Of a stretch of DNA of 64,000 nucleotides, positions 9,314 to 20,014 are shown piece by piece. Position 1 is the first letter of the stretch. Each line of letters starts with the position of its first letter. Origin of the DNA: Pseudomonadota bacterium (lineage in GTDB: Bacteria; Desulfobacterota; Desulfobacteria; Desulfobacterales; RPRI01); assembly GCA_043825875.1 (NCBI GenBank), contig JBDRRF010000107.1, positions 1-64,000 of the forward strand. The letters run 5' to 3'. Both the position numbers and the translations under genes were made by a program. The notes beneath the pieces are model-generated. The model searched no databases, was not told where the DNA came from, and saw only the letters and a list, made by a program, of their open reading frames with translations.

Positions 9314-9490
9314 GTATAAAAGAAACAATTTTGCGGGAAATTGTGAATTATTGGAAAGGATTTTGGGATTTTGAATGTAATATGAGATTAAGTTGATTTT
9401 TTGTATTGTATGATTTAAGTCAACCATAGGGACTCAGATAAAAATGATTATGTTTTTATAAATACTTATATAGTTATCCAGGAACAGATA

Positions 9491-10519
9491 ATGAATATTG
9501 CCGATTTTTCTATTGAACAGATTGCAGGCCAGCGTCTAATGGCAGGTTTTGACGGAACACAATTAACACGTGAATTGATGTTTCTTATAGATACTATAAA
9601 GGTTGGGGGGTTAATACTTTTTGCACAAAATGTACAAACACCCGAACAGATCAAAAATCTTTGTGATTCAGCTCAGGCTTATGCAAGATCATGCAATCAA
9701 CCTCCCCTGATTATCTCTATTGACCAGGAAGGCGGTCAGGTTGCAAGGCTCAAAGAGCCTTATTTTACCCGATTTTCAGGAAATCCTGAGATGAAAAGCG
9801 AAAACGATGCTGTTCTCTTTGCCCAAACAACTGCAAATGAATTACTCGGGGTCGGAATAAATATGGATATGGCTCCTGTTGTTGATGTTGCTCCGGAAGG
9901 CATTAACAGCATAATGGCCGGCAGGGCTTTTGGCTCTGATCCATACTGGGTTTTAAAAATGGGTGTTACAGTCATAGAGAACATGCAGGCAAGAAAATTA
10001 ATGGCTGTAGCCAAACATTTTCCAGGTATAGGAAGAACTGTTCCTGATTCCCATCTTGAACTGCCTGTTCTTGATATTGAACTTAGTGATCTGGAATCTT
10101 TTGACCTTATACCGTTTTATGCAGCTATAAGACACGATGTTTCGGCAATAATGCTTTCTCACATACTTTATTCAAACATCGATGAAAAATGGCCGGCAAG
10201 CTTTTCTGAAAAGATAGCCAAAAAGCTTTTGCGCGAGCAAATGGGTTATCAAGGTATTGTGATGACTGATGACCTGGACATGGGGGCGATAATAAATAAT
10301 TATGATATTAAAACTGTAATAAAACAAATTCTTTATGCCGGAATCGATATGGCGCTGATATGCCATGCAGGGCCAAATATTGAATATGCCTTTGAGGAAA
10401 TAAAAAAGAATATGCGCGATTCTAACGAGATAGAGGTGGAAGCTGAAAAATCAGTAAGCCGTATACTTTTATATAAGGAGAAATATTTATCGTACACTGT
10501 AAATACTGATTCCGAATGA
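9491..10519 (+). CDS. nagZ: Beta-N-acetylhexosaminidase (GH3)
   Basis: Motifs IDQEGG, KHFPGIG..PDSH, MTDDLDMGA. Confidence 0.9.
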   Translation: MNIADFSIEQIAGQRLMAGFDGTQLTRELMFLIDTIKVGGLILFAQNVQTPEQIKNLCDSAQAYARSCNQPPLIISIDQEGGQVARLKEPYFTRFSGNPEMKSENDAVLFAQTTANELLGVGINMDMAPVVDVAPEGINSIMAGRAFGSDPYWVLKMGVTVIENMQARKLMAVAKHFPGIGRTVPDSHLELPVLDIELSDLESFDLIPFYAAIRHDVSAIMLSHILYSNIDEKWPASFSEKIAKKLLREQMGYQGIVMTDDLDMGAIINNYDIKTVIKQILYAGIDMALICHAGPNIEYAFEEIKKNMRDSNEIEVEAEKSVSRILLYKEKYLSYTVNTDSE

Positions 10520-10527
10520 GGTAAAGA

Positions 10528-11367
10528 ATGGCTGTGCGTTTTTTAGTTGGGGATTCATTTGAATTATCTGCGGATGTAGAGGGGCAGTGGAACGGTAAGC
10601 CGGTACTGCTTTTGCACGGCGGTGGTCAAACAAGATATTCCTGGGGCAATACAATGAGTGTGCTCGGTGAAGCCGGGTTCCTGGCAATCAATCTCGATCT
10701 TCGTGGCCACGGTTATAGCGACTGGGCAGCTGATGGTAATTATTCTATCGATGCCTATGCGAAAGATCTGCGCACCGTGGTAGATCTCATCGGGCAGCCC
10801 GTTGCTTTTGTTGGCGCCTCTCTTGGCGGGTTGGCATCCCTGATAGCGGCAGGAGAAGCACCGCAAGTTGCATGTAGCGCCTTGATCCTGGTTGATGTGG
10901 CGCCACAACTTGAACAGGTAGGCCGGGAGCGCATTCTTGAGTTCATGCGCAGTTACCCTGATGGTTTCGTATCGCTTGAAGAGGCTGCCTCTGCCGTTTC
11001 AGGCTATCTTCCTCATCGATCACGCCCGGATGATCTTAGCGGTTTGGAGAATAACCTGCGACTCGGTTCTGATGGTCGATATAGATGGCACTGGGATCCC
11101 GCCATTATTTCCGATGATGAGCAAGTAAATGATAAATTCGATACAAAACGGTATGAGCGCGCTGCTCTGGCTATCGAAGTACCTATTATGCTTGTTCGCG
11201 GCCGAATGAGCGATGTGCTGAGCAAAGCCGGGGCACAAGCCTTCTTAAAGACAGTGCCAAGTGCTGAGTATTTAGATATTAAGGAAGCAGGTCACATGAT
11301 CGCCGGTGACCGCAACGATGCGTTTACGTCTGCCGTTATTTCTTTTCTTATAAAAAAACTTTCTTAG
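10528..11367 (+). CDS. Alpha/beta-fold hydrolase
   Basis: LHGGGQ oxyanion motif, GASLGG nucleophile elbow, C-terminal GHMIAGD. Confidence 0.9.
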   Translation: MAVRFLVGDSFELSADVEGQWNGKPVLLLHGGGQTRYSWGNTMSVLGEAGFLAINLDLRGHGYSDWAADGNYSIDAYAKDLRTVVDLIGQPVAFVGASLGGLASLIAAGEAPQVACSALILVDVAPQLEQVGRERILEFMRSYPDGFVSLEEAASAVSGYLPHRSRPDDLSGLENNLRLGSDGRYRWHWDPAIISDDEQVNDKFDTKRYERAALAIEVPIMLVRGRMSDVLSKAGAQAFLKTVPSAEYLDIKEAGHMIAGDRNDAFTSAVISFLIKKLS

Positions 11368-11472
11368 AAAATCAAAAAGGTGATACAATTTGTATCGCAT
11401 CTGAAATAATAATAGAAGAATAAAAACAATCCATGCGCCCATGATTGTTTAATTTTCCTCGTGGAGGTTTAA

Positions 11473-12927
11473 TTGAAATTTATAAATTCTTACGCAAAAT
11501 TAGATGAGGTTTTTTACGAAAAGATACGGCCTGCGCCTGTTCGTGATCCGCAACTCTTTTTGTGGAATTCCACCCTGGCTAAGCAGCTAATGATTTCGGA
11601 TGAATTGAAAAATGATTCGGATGCTCTGGCACAAGTTTTTTCAGGAAATCAAATACTGCCCGGATCGGAACCCATTGCGACAGCGTATGCAGGCCACCAG
11701 TTCGGTGGTTTTGTCCCCCAACTCGGAGATGGAAGAGCGCATCTTCTCGGGGAAGTATTAGATCAATTCGGGCAAAGGCTGGACATTCAGCTTAAAGGTT
11801 CCGGCCGCACCTCATTTTCAAGAGGTGGCGATGGGCGTTGTGCCCTTGGTCCGGCTGTACGAGAGTTTATTATGAGTGAAGCCATGAAAGCCTTAGGTAT
11901 TGCTACAACACGCAGTCTGGCAGTTGTAACTACCGGAGAAACGGTTTTTCGTGAAACTCAAGTACCGGGAGCTGTCGTTACTCGTGTTGCTTCAAGTCAT
12001 ATACGTATCGGCACTTTTCAGTACTTCGCAGCCCGTGGTGATCTTCAATCTCTCAAAACTCTGTGTAACTATACTATTAAGCGTCACTATCCGGAATTGA
12101 TCGCAGAAGGACAAAATCAATATGTTATGCTTATTGATAAATTCATTGAAAAGCAGATTCAATTAGTTGTTGATTGGATGAGGGTCGGTTTTATTCACGG
12201 TGTAATGAATACCGATAACATAACCCTTTCCGGAGAAACCATCGACTATGGCCCTTGTGCAATGATGGGAATCTATGATCCCGAAACCGTTTACAGCTCT
12301 ATAGATACTATGGGTAGATATGCCTTTGGAAATCAACCTGCAATTCTACACTGGAACATAGCCCGGTTCGCTGAATGCCTGTTAACGCTCATTAATCCAG
12401 ACGCTAAAAAAGCTTTAGATCAGGTAAATCCAATGATATCGGATTTACCCGACCGGTTTGAAAAAGAGTATATGAAAATGATGAAAAAAAAGCTTGGTCT
12501 GACATCTTTTAATCAGGAAGATAAAAAACTGATAGATGCTGTTTTAAACCGGCTCAAGGAAAAGCGCTTAGACTACACGGTAACTTTTGATCTTTTGACA
12601 AAATCTTTGACATCTGATGATTTGGCATCTCAGATTCATAGTGAACTTGAGGAATGTTTCGACCTTTGGCAAAAAAGACTAAGTGAGCAAGACGTAGTTA
12701 CACAAGAAGTACTGGAACTGATGCGGCAAAACAATCCCGTAGTAATTCCAAGAAATCATCACGTTGAAGAAGTTATTAAAGACTGTGTGCAGACAGGCAA
12801 GGCCGAATCAGCAGAGAAATTTCTTCAGGTTCTTCGCTCACCATATAAAGAGCTGCCACAAACACACGAGTATCAAGACTTGCCCAAAGACGGTGATAAG
12901 GATTATAAAACATTTTGCGGAACCTGA
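11473..12927 (+). CDS. selO: Protein adenylyltransferase SelO/YdiU
   Basis: Motifs [35 protein letters not shown] and C-terminal TFCGT. TTG start after GGAGG. Confidence 0.95.
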   Translation: MKFINSYAKLDEVFYEKIRPAPVRDPQLFLWNSTLAKQLMISDELKNDSDALAQVFSGNQILPGSEPIATAYAGHQFGGFVPQLGDGRAHLLGEVLDQFGQRLDIQLKGSGRTSFSRGGDGRCALGPAVREFIMSEAMKALGIATTRSLAVVTTGETVFRETQVPGAVVTRVASSHIRIGTFQYFAARGDLQSLKTLCNYTIKRHYPELIAEGQNQYVMLIDKFIEKQIQLVVDWMRVGFIHGVMNTDNITLSGETIDYGPCAMMGIYDPETVYSSIDTMGRYAFGNQPAILHWNIARFAECLLTLINPDAKKALDQVNPMISDLPDRFEKEYMKMMKKKLGLTSFNQEDKKLIDAVLNRLKEKRLDYTVTFDLLTKSLTSDDLASQIHSELEECFDLWQKRLSEQDVVTQEVLELMRQNNPVVIPRNHHVEEVIKDCVQTGKAESAEKFLQVLRSPYKELPQTHEYQDLPKDGDKDYKTFCGT

Positions 12928-12958
12928 TGACTGATAGTTCTGCCGCAATCATCATGAT

Positions 12959-15610
12959 TTATTTACGGAAAAAAATAAAGTCGCCGCCTTCATCACCGGC
13001 TTCTCTTATCTCTCCAAATTGCGGGATTTGGTTTACAGGGCTGTTATTGATTACAGCCTGGCGAAAGCTTGAGAATAATTCTTCCGAAGATAAATACTTC
13101 TTTGAGTTATCGCTTAGTCTTTTCAATAAAAATTCTACGAATACACTTCTATCAGGAACCTCATTTAATGTCCCGCTGGTTATGGCTTTGCGGCTTGGTA
13201 TAGTGTAGAGTTTCTGAATGGCAACAGATGATTCTTTAAATGCTGAACGGGTTTTAAAAATACCGCCGCTAAAACATGCATCTGTAATTAACAAAGTGTG
13301 TTTAGTATTTATTCCCCTGATAAAATCACGGATAGTGCTGTTTGATACCCATTGAGCCCTGTTGTTTTTACTTGCATCGCTTGGTAGCCAATATCCCTGC
13401 CTGAAACGTTCATCCCAGTATCCATGCCCGGCATAAAAAATTAAAAGATTATCATCAGGGCCGATAACCTGACTTAGTTTATCAAAAGCTTCAATCAATT
13501 TAGTTCTGTTCGGATTTAAAAGCAGTATTGTATTGTCAGATTTAAAAGAATAGTTAGCCGTTAAAATATGATGTAACGCTTTTGCATCTTTTACCGGATT
13601 GTCCAAATCGGTTAACTCTTGCGATAAATAATCTTCAACAGCGATAATCAAAGCAAAGTATTTGCCATCCGAAATCTTAAGCTGTGTTTCTGCACGTTTT
13701 GTTGAACTAATAGATGTTGGTATTTCACGGGAAACAACAAATGACCGCTCTGCTACATTATTGTAAATATCAGCTGCTTTTATTTTAATGTTATTTTCAC
13801 CGATTCCCAATTTAATCTTTGCCCAAAATTCTCCATCTTCAGACAATGAGGCTTCTACCCCATTAATGAAAACTTCATAAATACTGCTTTCATCCGTTAA
13901 TTTTCCTTTTACTAGTAGCGTCTTATCCTTGTGGATTATTTTGACACCACGTTTAACAAGTGGCTCATAAACCGAAATGTCGGGAGGCTGATTATCAGTT
14001 GTTCTCAAAGCAGCCAATGTTTCTGTATATTTACTTTCCGAATCTTTTTTGGCTAAGGAATTATCGGATTTTGCAGCAATTTGTTTTGCAGACAGTAGCA
14101 AATCAACATAACTAGCGGATGAAGACTTTTTAAATATTTCAGTGGCAAGTTCTATCATAGGATCTTCTTTGCTGCTATCAATAAGAATTGTTAACTTTTC
14201 TCCGGTGGTTTTCCCATATTCGTTTAACATTGAATTTTGCAGATTTTCCTCACGTTTTTTAACAACATTTTTTTCAGTTAACAGCGTAAGATCTGGTATA
14301 ATACCGTTTTGCTGGATTTCATTGCCATTTGGCGTGATATATTTTGCCGTGGTCAATTTTATAGCAGATCCATCTTCTAACGGATAAATGGTTTGAACAG
14401 TGCCCTTCCCGAAGGTTCTTTCGCCTATCACAAAAGCTTTTTTATAGTCTTGAAGGGCTGCTGCAAAAATTTCGGCTCCGGATGCAGTTCCGGAATTAAC
14501 AAGAATAATTACAGGAAGTTTATAGTCATTGTTATCTTGATGGGCATTAAAAGTCATATTTAGATTTTCAACGCGGCTTTTTGTAAAGACAATAGTGCCG
14601 GAATCAAGAAAAAAATCGGTAGTTTTAACTACCTGGTTCAATAATCCTCCAGGATTATTTCTAAGATCTATGATAATTCCTTTTGTTCTTTTCTCCCTTG
14701 CGATATTATCAATGATATTTTTGAAATCATTCGATGTGTTAGCTTGAAAATAATTAATCCTTATATACCCGTATTTACCATCAATAATTTTTGACTTTAC
14801 GCTTTGAATTGCTATTGACCTGCGGGCAATTGTTATTTCCTCCAGGTTTGTCCATTCGTCTCTTTGGATGGATAAAGTCACTTTGCTGCCTGTAGGCCCA
14901 CGAATTTTTCTAACCGCCTCTATCAGGGACATGCCTCTGGTCAAAACATTATCGATTTTGATGATTTTATCCCCGGACTTAAGACCTGCCACCTGTGCAG
15001 GTGACCCTTCTATTGGAGAAACAACGGTAAGAACATCGTCCTTAATGGAGATTTCAATACCCACACCTGTGAGACTTCCCTTGGATCCGATTTTCAGCTC
15101 CTGATAATCGGCGGGGTTTAAATAGGATGAATGAGGATCTAGGGAGGAAAGCATTCCGTCTGCTATGGATTGGATCAGTACGGAAGAAGTTGTGTCCGGG
15201 TAGAAGTAAAGCGCTGATTCATAAATATCTGAAATTGTTTTTTTCGGGTTTGTGCGAAGTATTTCTTTTCGGGAATTGGGAAGCCTTGAATTATCAAAAG
15301 AAAGAATAATAGTGTTTTTGTTCTTTCCTATGATCCGAAAATTATCAGCACCGAGTTTTTGTTTTAAACCTTTCAGAGCACCATTTATTATGACATCATT
15401 ATTAACTTCGACTGGATAATATTTTATAATATAATCGTAGATTACAGGCAGAATATTGTTGTTTTTCTTTTCTTCCTGATAAGAATTAATACGATTCAAA
15501 TTTTGAGTTGAAGCACTATATCGGTTGGTAGAAGTTGAAGTGCAGGAAGATATCAATACATATAACAGCAAAAAGGCAATTAATGTTTTTTTAACTGTTG
15601 TAATTTTCAT
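12959..15610 (-). CDS. Predicted lipoprotein: S41A (CtpA-like) protease with PDZ, Ig-like linker and C-terminal caspase-like (C14) domain
   Basis: Lipobox-like ISSC. S41 motifs LDPHSSYL, GVGI, DLRNNPGG, TASGAE, FGKGTVQ. Caspase-like motifs FYAGHG and ITDACFSG. ATG 15610 after GAGGTG. Confidence 0.88.
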   Translation of the reverse strand: MKITTVKKTLIAFLLLYVLISSCTSTSTNRYSASTQNLNRINSYQEEKKNNNILPVIYDYIIKYYPVEVNNDVIINGALKGLKQKLGADNFRIIGKNKNTIILSFDNSRLPNSRKEILRTNPKKTISDIYESALYFYPDTTSSVLIQSIADGMLSSLDPHSSYLNPADYQELKIGSKGSLTGVGIEISIKDDVLTVVSPIEGSPAQVAGLKSGDKIIKIDNVLTRGMSLIEAVRKIRGPTGSKVTLSIQRDEWTNLEEITIARRSIAIQSVKSKIIDGKYGYIRINYFQANTSNDFKNIIDNIAREKRTKGIIIDLRNNPGGLLNQVVKTTDFFLDSGTIVFTKSRVENLNMTFNAHQDNNDYKLPVIILVNSGTASGAEIFAAALQDYKKAFVIGERTFGKGTVQTIYPLEDGSAIKLTTAKYITPNGNEIQQNGIIPDLTLLTEKNVVKKREENLQNSMLNEYGKTTGEKLTILIDSSKEDPMIELATEIFKKSSSASYVDLLLSAKQIAAKSDNSLAKKDSESKYTETLAALRTTDNQPPDISVYEPLVKRGVKIIHKDKTLLVKGKLTDESSIYEVFINGVEASLSEDGEFWAKIKLGIGENNIKIKAADIYNNVAERSFVVSREIPTSISSTKRAETQLKISDGKYFALIIAVEDYLSQELTDLDNPVKDAKALHHILTANYSFKSDNTILLLNPNRTKLIEAFDKLSQVIGPDDNLLIFYAGHGYWDERFRQGYWLPSDASKNNRAQWVSNSTIRDFIRGINTKHTLLITDACFSGGIFKTRSAFKESSVAIQKLYTIPSRKAITSGTLNEVPDRSVFVEFLLKRLSDNSKKYLSSEELFSSFRQAVINNSPVNQIPQFGEIREAGDEGGDFIFFRK

Positions 15611-15870
15611 TTTATTACACCTCACAATTTCATAGCTTCCACGGATGGCTTCATGCCGGATTCACCGGATTAAAGTTTATCATACTTTAGACTCTTTTAT
15701 AAGGCATATCAAGTCTGTTAATTCCATTTGGCTAATGTGGAATTTTTTTCCCATATTGCCTTTTACACACGGAATATATTTTCCCTTTATCAAACAGCTA
15801 TTTTGGCAATAAATTAAGTAAAAATTTTGTATCTATAAGTATTAATTGAATAATAAAATATTTATAAAAG

Positions 15871-15887
15871 TTGGTACGGTGCTTGCT
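15871..15887 (+). promoter_or_regulatory. Sigma54 (-24/-12) promoter for fliK-flgD-flgE
   Basis: TTGGTACGGTGCTTGCT (GG-N10-GC), 40 nt upstream of ATG 15927. Confidence 0.75.
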
Positions 15888-15926
15888 ATATGTATTGCAA
15901 ACTTACTTATTAAAGGGTTTTTCAAT

Positions 15927-17771
15927 ATGATGACAAATATAATGATAGCCAAATCGATACTTAATTTACTTGGCAGTTTTAGCACAAGCCCAACAACGCA
16001 GACAGAGTTAAACGGGGCAAATAATTTTGAAGCCTTAATAAAAAAATCAATGCGCAATTTCCTTAAAACTGATGGAAACAAAAATACTGCTCAATCAAAA
16101 ATACTTAATCAGAAAGAAAATAGCAATCTGAGTTATCTTGAGAAATTGAGAAAGGGTCTTTTAGAAAAGGGAAAATCTTTAGATAAAATATATTTGAAAG
16201 AATCAGATATCCAAAGCTTAAATCTTTTTTTAACTCAATGCGGTTATAGTAAAACAGATGCGAAACTATGCATTGATAGACTGTTGGAAAATAATCCGGA
16301 CGGGAAGATAAAACTATCTGATATTTTTTCCGAGATTGAAACGCATTTACTTTCCTCTGCCTCTGACTCTTCAGGAAAAAACAAATCTGATCATCCTACC
16401 TACCTGGAGCCATCGGTTATCCCAAGTATTGAATCCGCTTTAAAGGACTTAGGTTTGAGTCTCAAGGATGCTGATAATGTGTTGAATGCTGCCCGGTCAA
16501 CTTCCGGCGGTCTGGATTTAAATAAGCTTATAGTACAATTAAAAACATTCAAAAACAGGCCCAATAATGAATCCAGCAAGATGGAAGAAAAGATTTCTGC
16601 TGTCAGGTTTTTGGAAAAACATGAGAAACTGGGACTTGAGATTACTCCCGATAAAGAAACCGGCCTTGTTTCAATAGATAGATTTATTGCTGCGCTGGAA
16701 CAATTTGAAGATGAAATATCCGGAACAACCCGGCAAACTAAAACTCGTCAAGAATCACAAAATCATAATATGCGTAATATAATTGATTCTGATACAGCCG
16801 AAAAAAACAATAATTTCCGGTTTAAGGAAAATATTTTAAAACCGGAAACTTTAAAACCGATATCAGTTAATTTTGCAAAAACAGAAAGCAGTGCCGATAA
16901 ATTACCAATGGATGTAAAAGCATCTATAGATAAGATCATCGAAAGATCGGTAGCTCCTGATGAAGATTTCAAACTCAAATTAAACAGTCCGTCTCTTTCA
17001 CAGCTCAAATCGGAAGTTTTGCAAGGTAAAGAAAAGAAAAAAAGCGCAAGTCATATTTTTCGGGGTAACCACATATCGGAATCTACACAAAAGACGGGAA
17101 CTCAAAGAACTGACTATGGCAATCAGGGTATTAAAAATACCGATACTGCAAGGCAGGATGTTTCAGGCAAGATTTTAGATATAAATGATTTATACGCAAA
17201 TAAAAATGATGTTAATCCCGAAAAGGATATCAAAGACGTTAAGTTAAAATCTAACGACATTCTTCAGGAGGCAACACCTGCTGTTAAATTTGAAACCTTG
17301 TCTGCTGCGCTGGAGCGTCGTTCGAGCAGTAGTTTTTTACCGGCAAATACTATGGAGCTTTTGGGAAAACAAATTTCAAAGTCTGTTTCAAGGGGTGACA
17401 GGATTATAAATCTGCAATTAACTCCACCTGAGCTTGGCAGTGTGAAATTATCTATGGAGATTAAAGACAGTGTTTTGCAGCTTAAAATGGTAGCAGAAAG
17501 TGCTTCTGCAAAGGAAGTTCTTCTTGCGAATTCGCATGATCTGAAAAATGTACTTGCAAGCCAGGGTATTAAGCTGGACAGGCTGGATATTCAGGTTGAT
17601 TCTAATTTTGGCGGTGCTTTAACGGATTTAAATGAGGGATATGGCCGTGAGCATAAACAATTTCAGGAAACAGGCGGCAATTTATTTTTTAATGATAATA
17701 CAAAAGAAGATATATCTTCCGAAGTTTTGATCAAAGCAGGCAAAGATTATCTGCTGGATTTAACTGCTTAG
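15927..17771 (+). CDS. fliK: Flagellar hook-length control protein
   Basis: C-terminal LQLTPPELGSVKL...LASQGIKLDRLDI domain; precedes flgD. Confidence 0.88.
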   Translation: MMTNIMIAKSILNLLGSFSTSPTTQTELNGANNFEALIKKSMRNFLKTDGNKNTAQSKILNQKENSNLSYLEKLRKGLLEKGKSLDKIYLKESDIQSLNLFLTQCGYSKTDAKLCIDRLLENNPDGKIKLSDIFSEIETHLLSSASDSSGKNKSDHPTYLEPSVIPSIESALKDLGLSLKDADNVLNAARSTSGGLDLNKLIVQLKTFKNRPNNESSKMEEKISAVRFLEKHEKLGLEITPDKETGLVSIDRFIAALEQFEDEISGTTRQTKTRQESQNHNMRNIIDSDTAEKNNNFRFKENILKPETLKPISVNFAKTESSADKLPMDVKASIDKIIERSVAPDEDFKLKLNSPSLSQLKSEVLQGKEKKKSASHIFRGNHISESTQKTGTQRTDYGNQGIKNTDTARQDVSGKILDINDLYANKNDVNPEKDIKDVKLKSNDILQEATPAVKFETLSAALERRSSSSFLPANTMELLGKQISKSVSRGDRIINLQLTPPELGSVKLSMEIKDSVLQLKMVAESASAKEVLLANSHDLKNVLASQGIKLDRLDIQVDSNFGGALTDLNEGYGREHKQFQETGGNLFFNDNTKEDISSEVLIKAGKDYLLDLTA

Positions 17772-17810
17772 GTTTTAAACACCAAAACATAAATAAGAGA
17801 GGTATGTATC

Positions 17811-18494
17811 ATGGTCATTGACTCAACCGGCACTTACTATTCGCAATCAACTGTTGCTGCAGGTGATTCGGCATCATCTACACAAGCCAAAAAAGAAATG
17901 GGGAAAGAAGATTTTTTGAATTTACTGGTTACCCAGCTTAAGTTCCAGGATCCGCTAAACCCTATGGATAGTCAGCAATTTTCCGCTCAGTTAGCGCAGT
18001 TCAGCAGCCTCGAACAACTTACAAATATGAATACAACTTTAGGTGAAATTCACAATTCTATGCCTACGGGTGAAAATAATAACATTATAGATTATATCGG
18101 TAAAACGGTTAAAACAAATAACAGCAAGATAGCTATAAGCGATGGTACGGTTGGTTCCAGTGTTTATTATTTGGATGATAAAGCCGATGTGAGCATTTCC
18201 ATATTAAATTCCGCAGGGGTTGAAGTAAGAAATATTAAAGAAGGCCTCAAAGATTCGGGTGAGTACACCATAAGCTGGGATGGACTTGATAACAAAGGGA
18301 AGAAATTGGATGATGGTATTTATTCAATTGAAATAAGAGCTATTAATGAAAGCGGTGCGGATGTATCGGCATATGCCTATTTTTCAGGAGAAGTTACCGG
18401 GGTTACCAATGGAAATAAAACCCCATATCTGATGGTTGGAGGATGTCTGGTATCACCGGAAGATGTGATCGAAATAACAAAAACAAACGTATAA
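17811..18494 (+). CDS. flgD: Flagellar hook capping protein
   Basis: FLNLLVTQLKFQDPLNPMD, QLAQFSSLEQ. Confidence 0.95.
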   Translation: MVIDSTGTYYSQSTVAAGDSASSTQAKKEMGKEDFLNLLVTQLKFQDPLNPMDSQQFSAQLAQFSSLEQLTNMNTTLGEIHNSMPTGENNNIIDYIGKTVKTNNSKIAISDGTVGSSVYYLDDKADVSISILNSAGVEVRNIKEGLKDSGEYTISWDGLDNKGKKLDDGIYSIEIRAINESGADVSAYAYFSGEVTGVTNGNKTPYLMVGGCLVSPEDVIEITKTNV

Positions 18495-18563
18495 TTATAA
18501 GTAATAAATTTTGCAATTAAGATTTAAATTTTTAATAAATTTACAAAAACAAGGAGGAAATAT

Positions 18564-20003
18564 ATGTCGATCTCTAGCGGACTTTTTTCAGGCATCAGCG
18601 GGCTAAACGCCCTTGGTAACGCAATGACGGTAATCGGAGATAATATCGCCAATGTAAACACTGTAGGTTTTAAAGAAAGCAGGGTAACTTTTCAGGATGT
18701 TCTAAGTCAGTCAGTTGCAACAACCGCAGGTTCAGCACAGGTTGGGCGCGGTACCGCACTTGCGGATATTTCAAGCAGCTTTTCACAAGGATCTTTTGAA
18801 TCCACTGATTCAAGCACAGACCTGGCCATAGGCGGCGCCGGATTTTTTATGGTAAGAGACCCCGGCACAGCCGACAATGACTATTACAGCAGAGCGGGTG
18901 AATTCCGGTTTGATAAAGACGGCAACTTTGTAAATCCTGCCGGCTTTATAGTACAAGGTTGGAAACTGGATGAGACTACAGGCCAGGATCAGGGGACAAT
19001 AACAGATATTACTTTATCTTCCTTCACATCATCTCCGGCTGAAACAACCAATCTGACAATGATTATGAATCTTGATTCAAGCTCAACCAATAATACAACA
19101 GGCTCAAACACAGCTCTTTCGGCTCTTTGGGATGGATCGGATGCTGGCGGAGAATATCTTGCAGATACCGACTATTCGTATCAAACAACCCTTAAGGTAT
19201 ATGATTCTCTTGGCAGCACGCATGATGTATCAATCTATTTTGATAAAGGTGAAACAGCTACCGATCCGGTATGGGAATATATTGTTACGGTAAATCCTTC
19301 TGAAGATTTAAGAACTATAACAGATGCGACTCAGCAGGGGCTGCTTGCCAGAGGGACCATAGAATTTAACGGAACATCAGGAGATATTTCCGGGGTTGCA
19401 AACAGCATTACCTGTTCATTAAATGATGGAGACGGTACATGGACAGATCTGACCAATGCCGATGCTGTTGCAAACGGAGGATATTTTACTTTTCCTCCCG
19501 AATTTATTGCGGGTTCAGCAATGAGCGTTAAGCTTGATTTCGGAAGCCGTTTTAATGGAAGTGAATGGGCAAACGATGCTTTATCTACAACTCAGTATGC
19601 TTCTTCTTCAACAACAGTCTTCCAGTCAGCAGACGGATATGGAGCAGGTGATCTTCAGGCGGTAATAGTAGCCACAGACGGAGTTATTACAGGGCAATAT
19701 TCAAATGGTCAGGTGCTTCCACTTTACAGGGTAGGGTTGGCAAAATTTCAGAATGAACAGGGATTATATAAGGTAGGTGGTAATCTTTTCAGCCAAACAC
19801 GATTAAGTGGAGAACCGATCACCGGAAAACCGGGCAGCAATGGGCTTGGAAGTCTTTCCCCCAACTCCCTTGAGCAATCCAATGTTGATCTTGCAACAGA
19901 ATTTGTCAGAATGATTACCACCCAACGAGGTTATCAGGCAAATTCTAAAATCATTACGACTATCGACCAAATGCTTTCAGAACTTATTAATTTAAAACGT
20001 TAA
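18564..20003 (+). CDS. flgE: Flagellar hook protein
   Basis: IGDNIANVNTVGFK; LEQSNVDLATEFVRMITTQRGYQAN. Confidence 0.96.
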   Translation: MSISSGLFSGISGLNALGNAMTVIGDNIANVNTVGFKESRVTFQDVLSQSVATTAGSAQVGRGTALADISSSFSQGSFESTDSSTDLAIGGAGFFMVRDPGTADNDYYSRAGEFRFDKDGNFVNPAGFIVQGWKLDETTGQDQGTITDITLSSFTSSPAETTNLTMIMNLDSSSTNNTTGSNTALSALWDGSDAGGEYLADTDYSYQTTLKVYDSLGSTHDVSIYFDKGETATDPVWEYIVTVNPSEDLRTITDATQQGLLARGTIEFNGTSGDISGVANSITCSLNDGDGTWTDLTNADAVANGGYFTFPPEFIAGSAMSVKLDFGSRFNGSEWANDALSTTQYASSSTTVFQSADGYGAGDLQAVIVATDGVITGQYSNGQVLPLYRVGLAKFQNEQGLYKVGGNLFSQTRLSGEPITGKPGSNGLGSLSPNSLEQSNVDLATEFVRMITTQRGYQANSKIITTIDQMLSELINLKR

Positions 20004-20014
20004 TTTTATTCCAT

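Noticed and set aside
9341..9358. Rex operator upstream of dsrT (TTGTGAATTATTGGAAAG), and a similar site near 53528-53545
   Set aside because: Only one half matches TTGTGAA-N4-TTCACAA, or the spacing is off; not supportable without a PSSM.
12913..12930. Selenocysteine readthrough of the selO TGA (apparent CxxU)
   Set aside because: TFCGT-stop is a usual bacterial SelO ending, the Cys already occupies the Sec-equivalent position, and a second TGA follows immediately.
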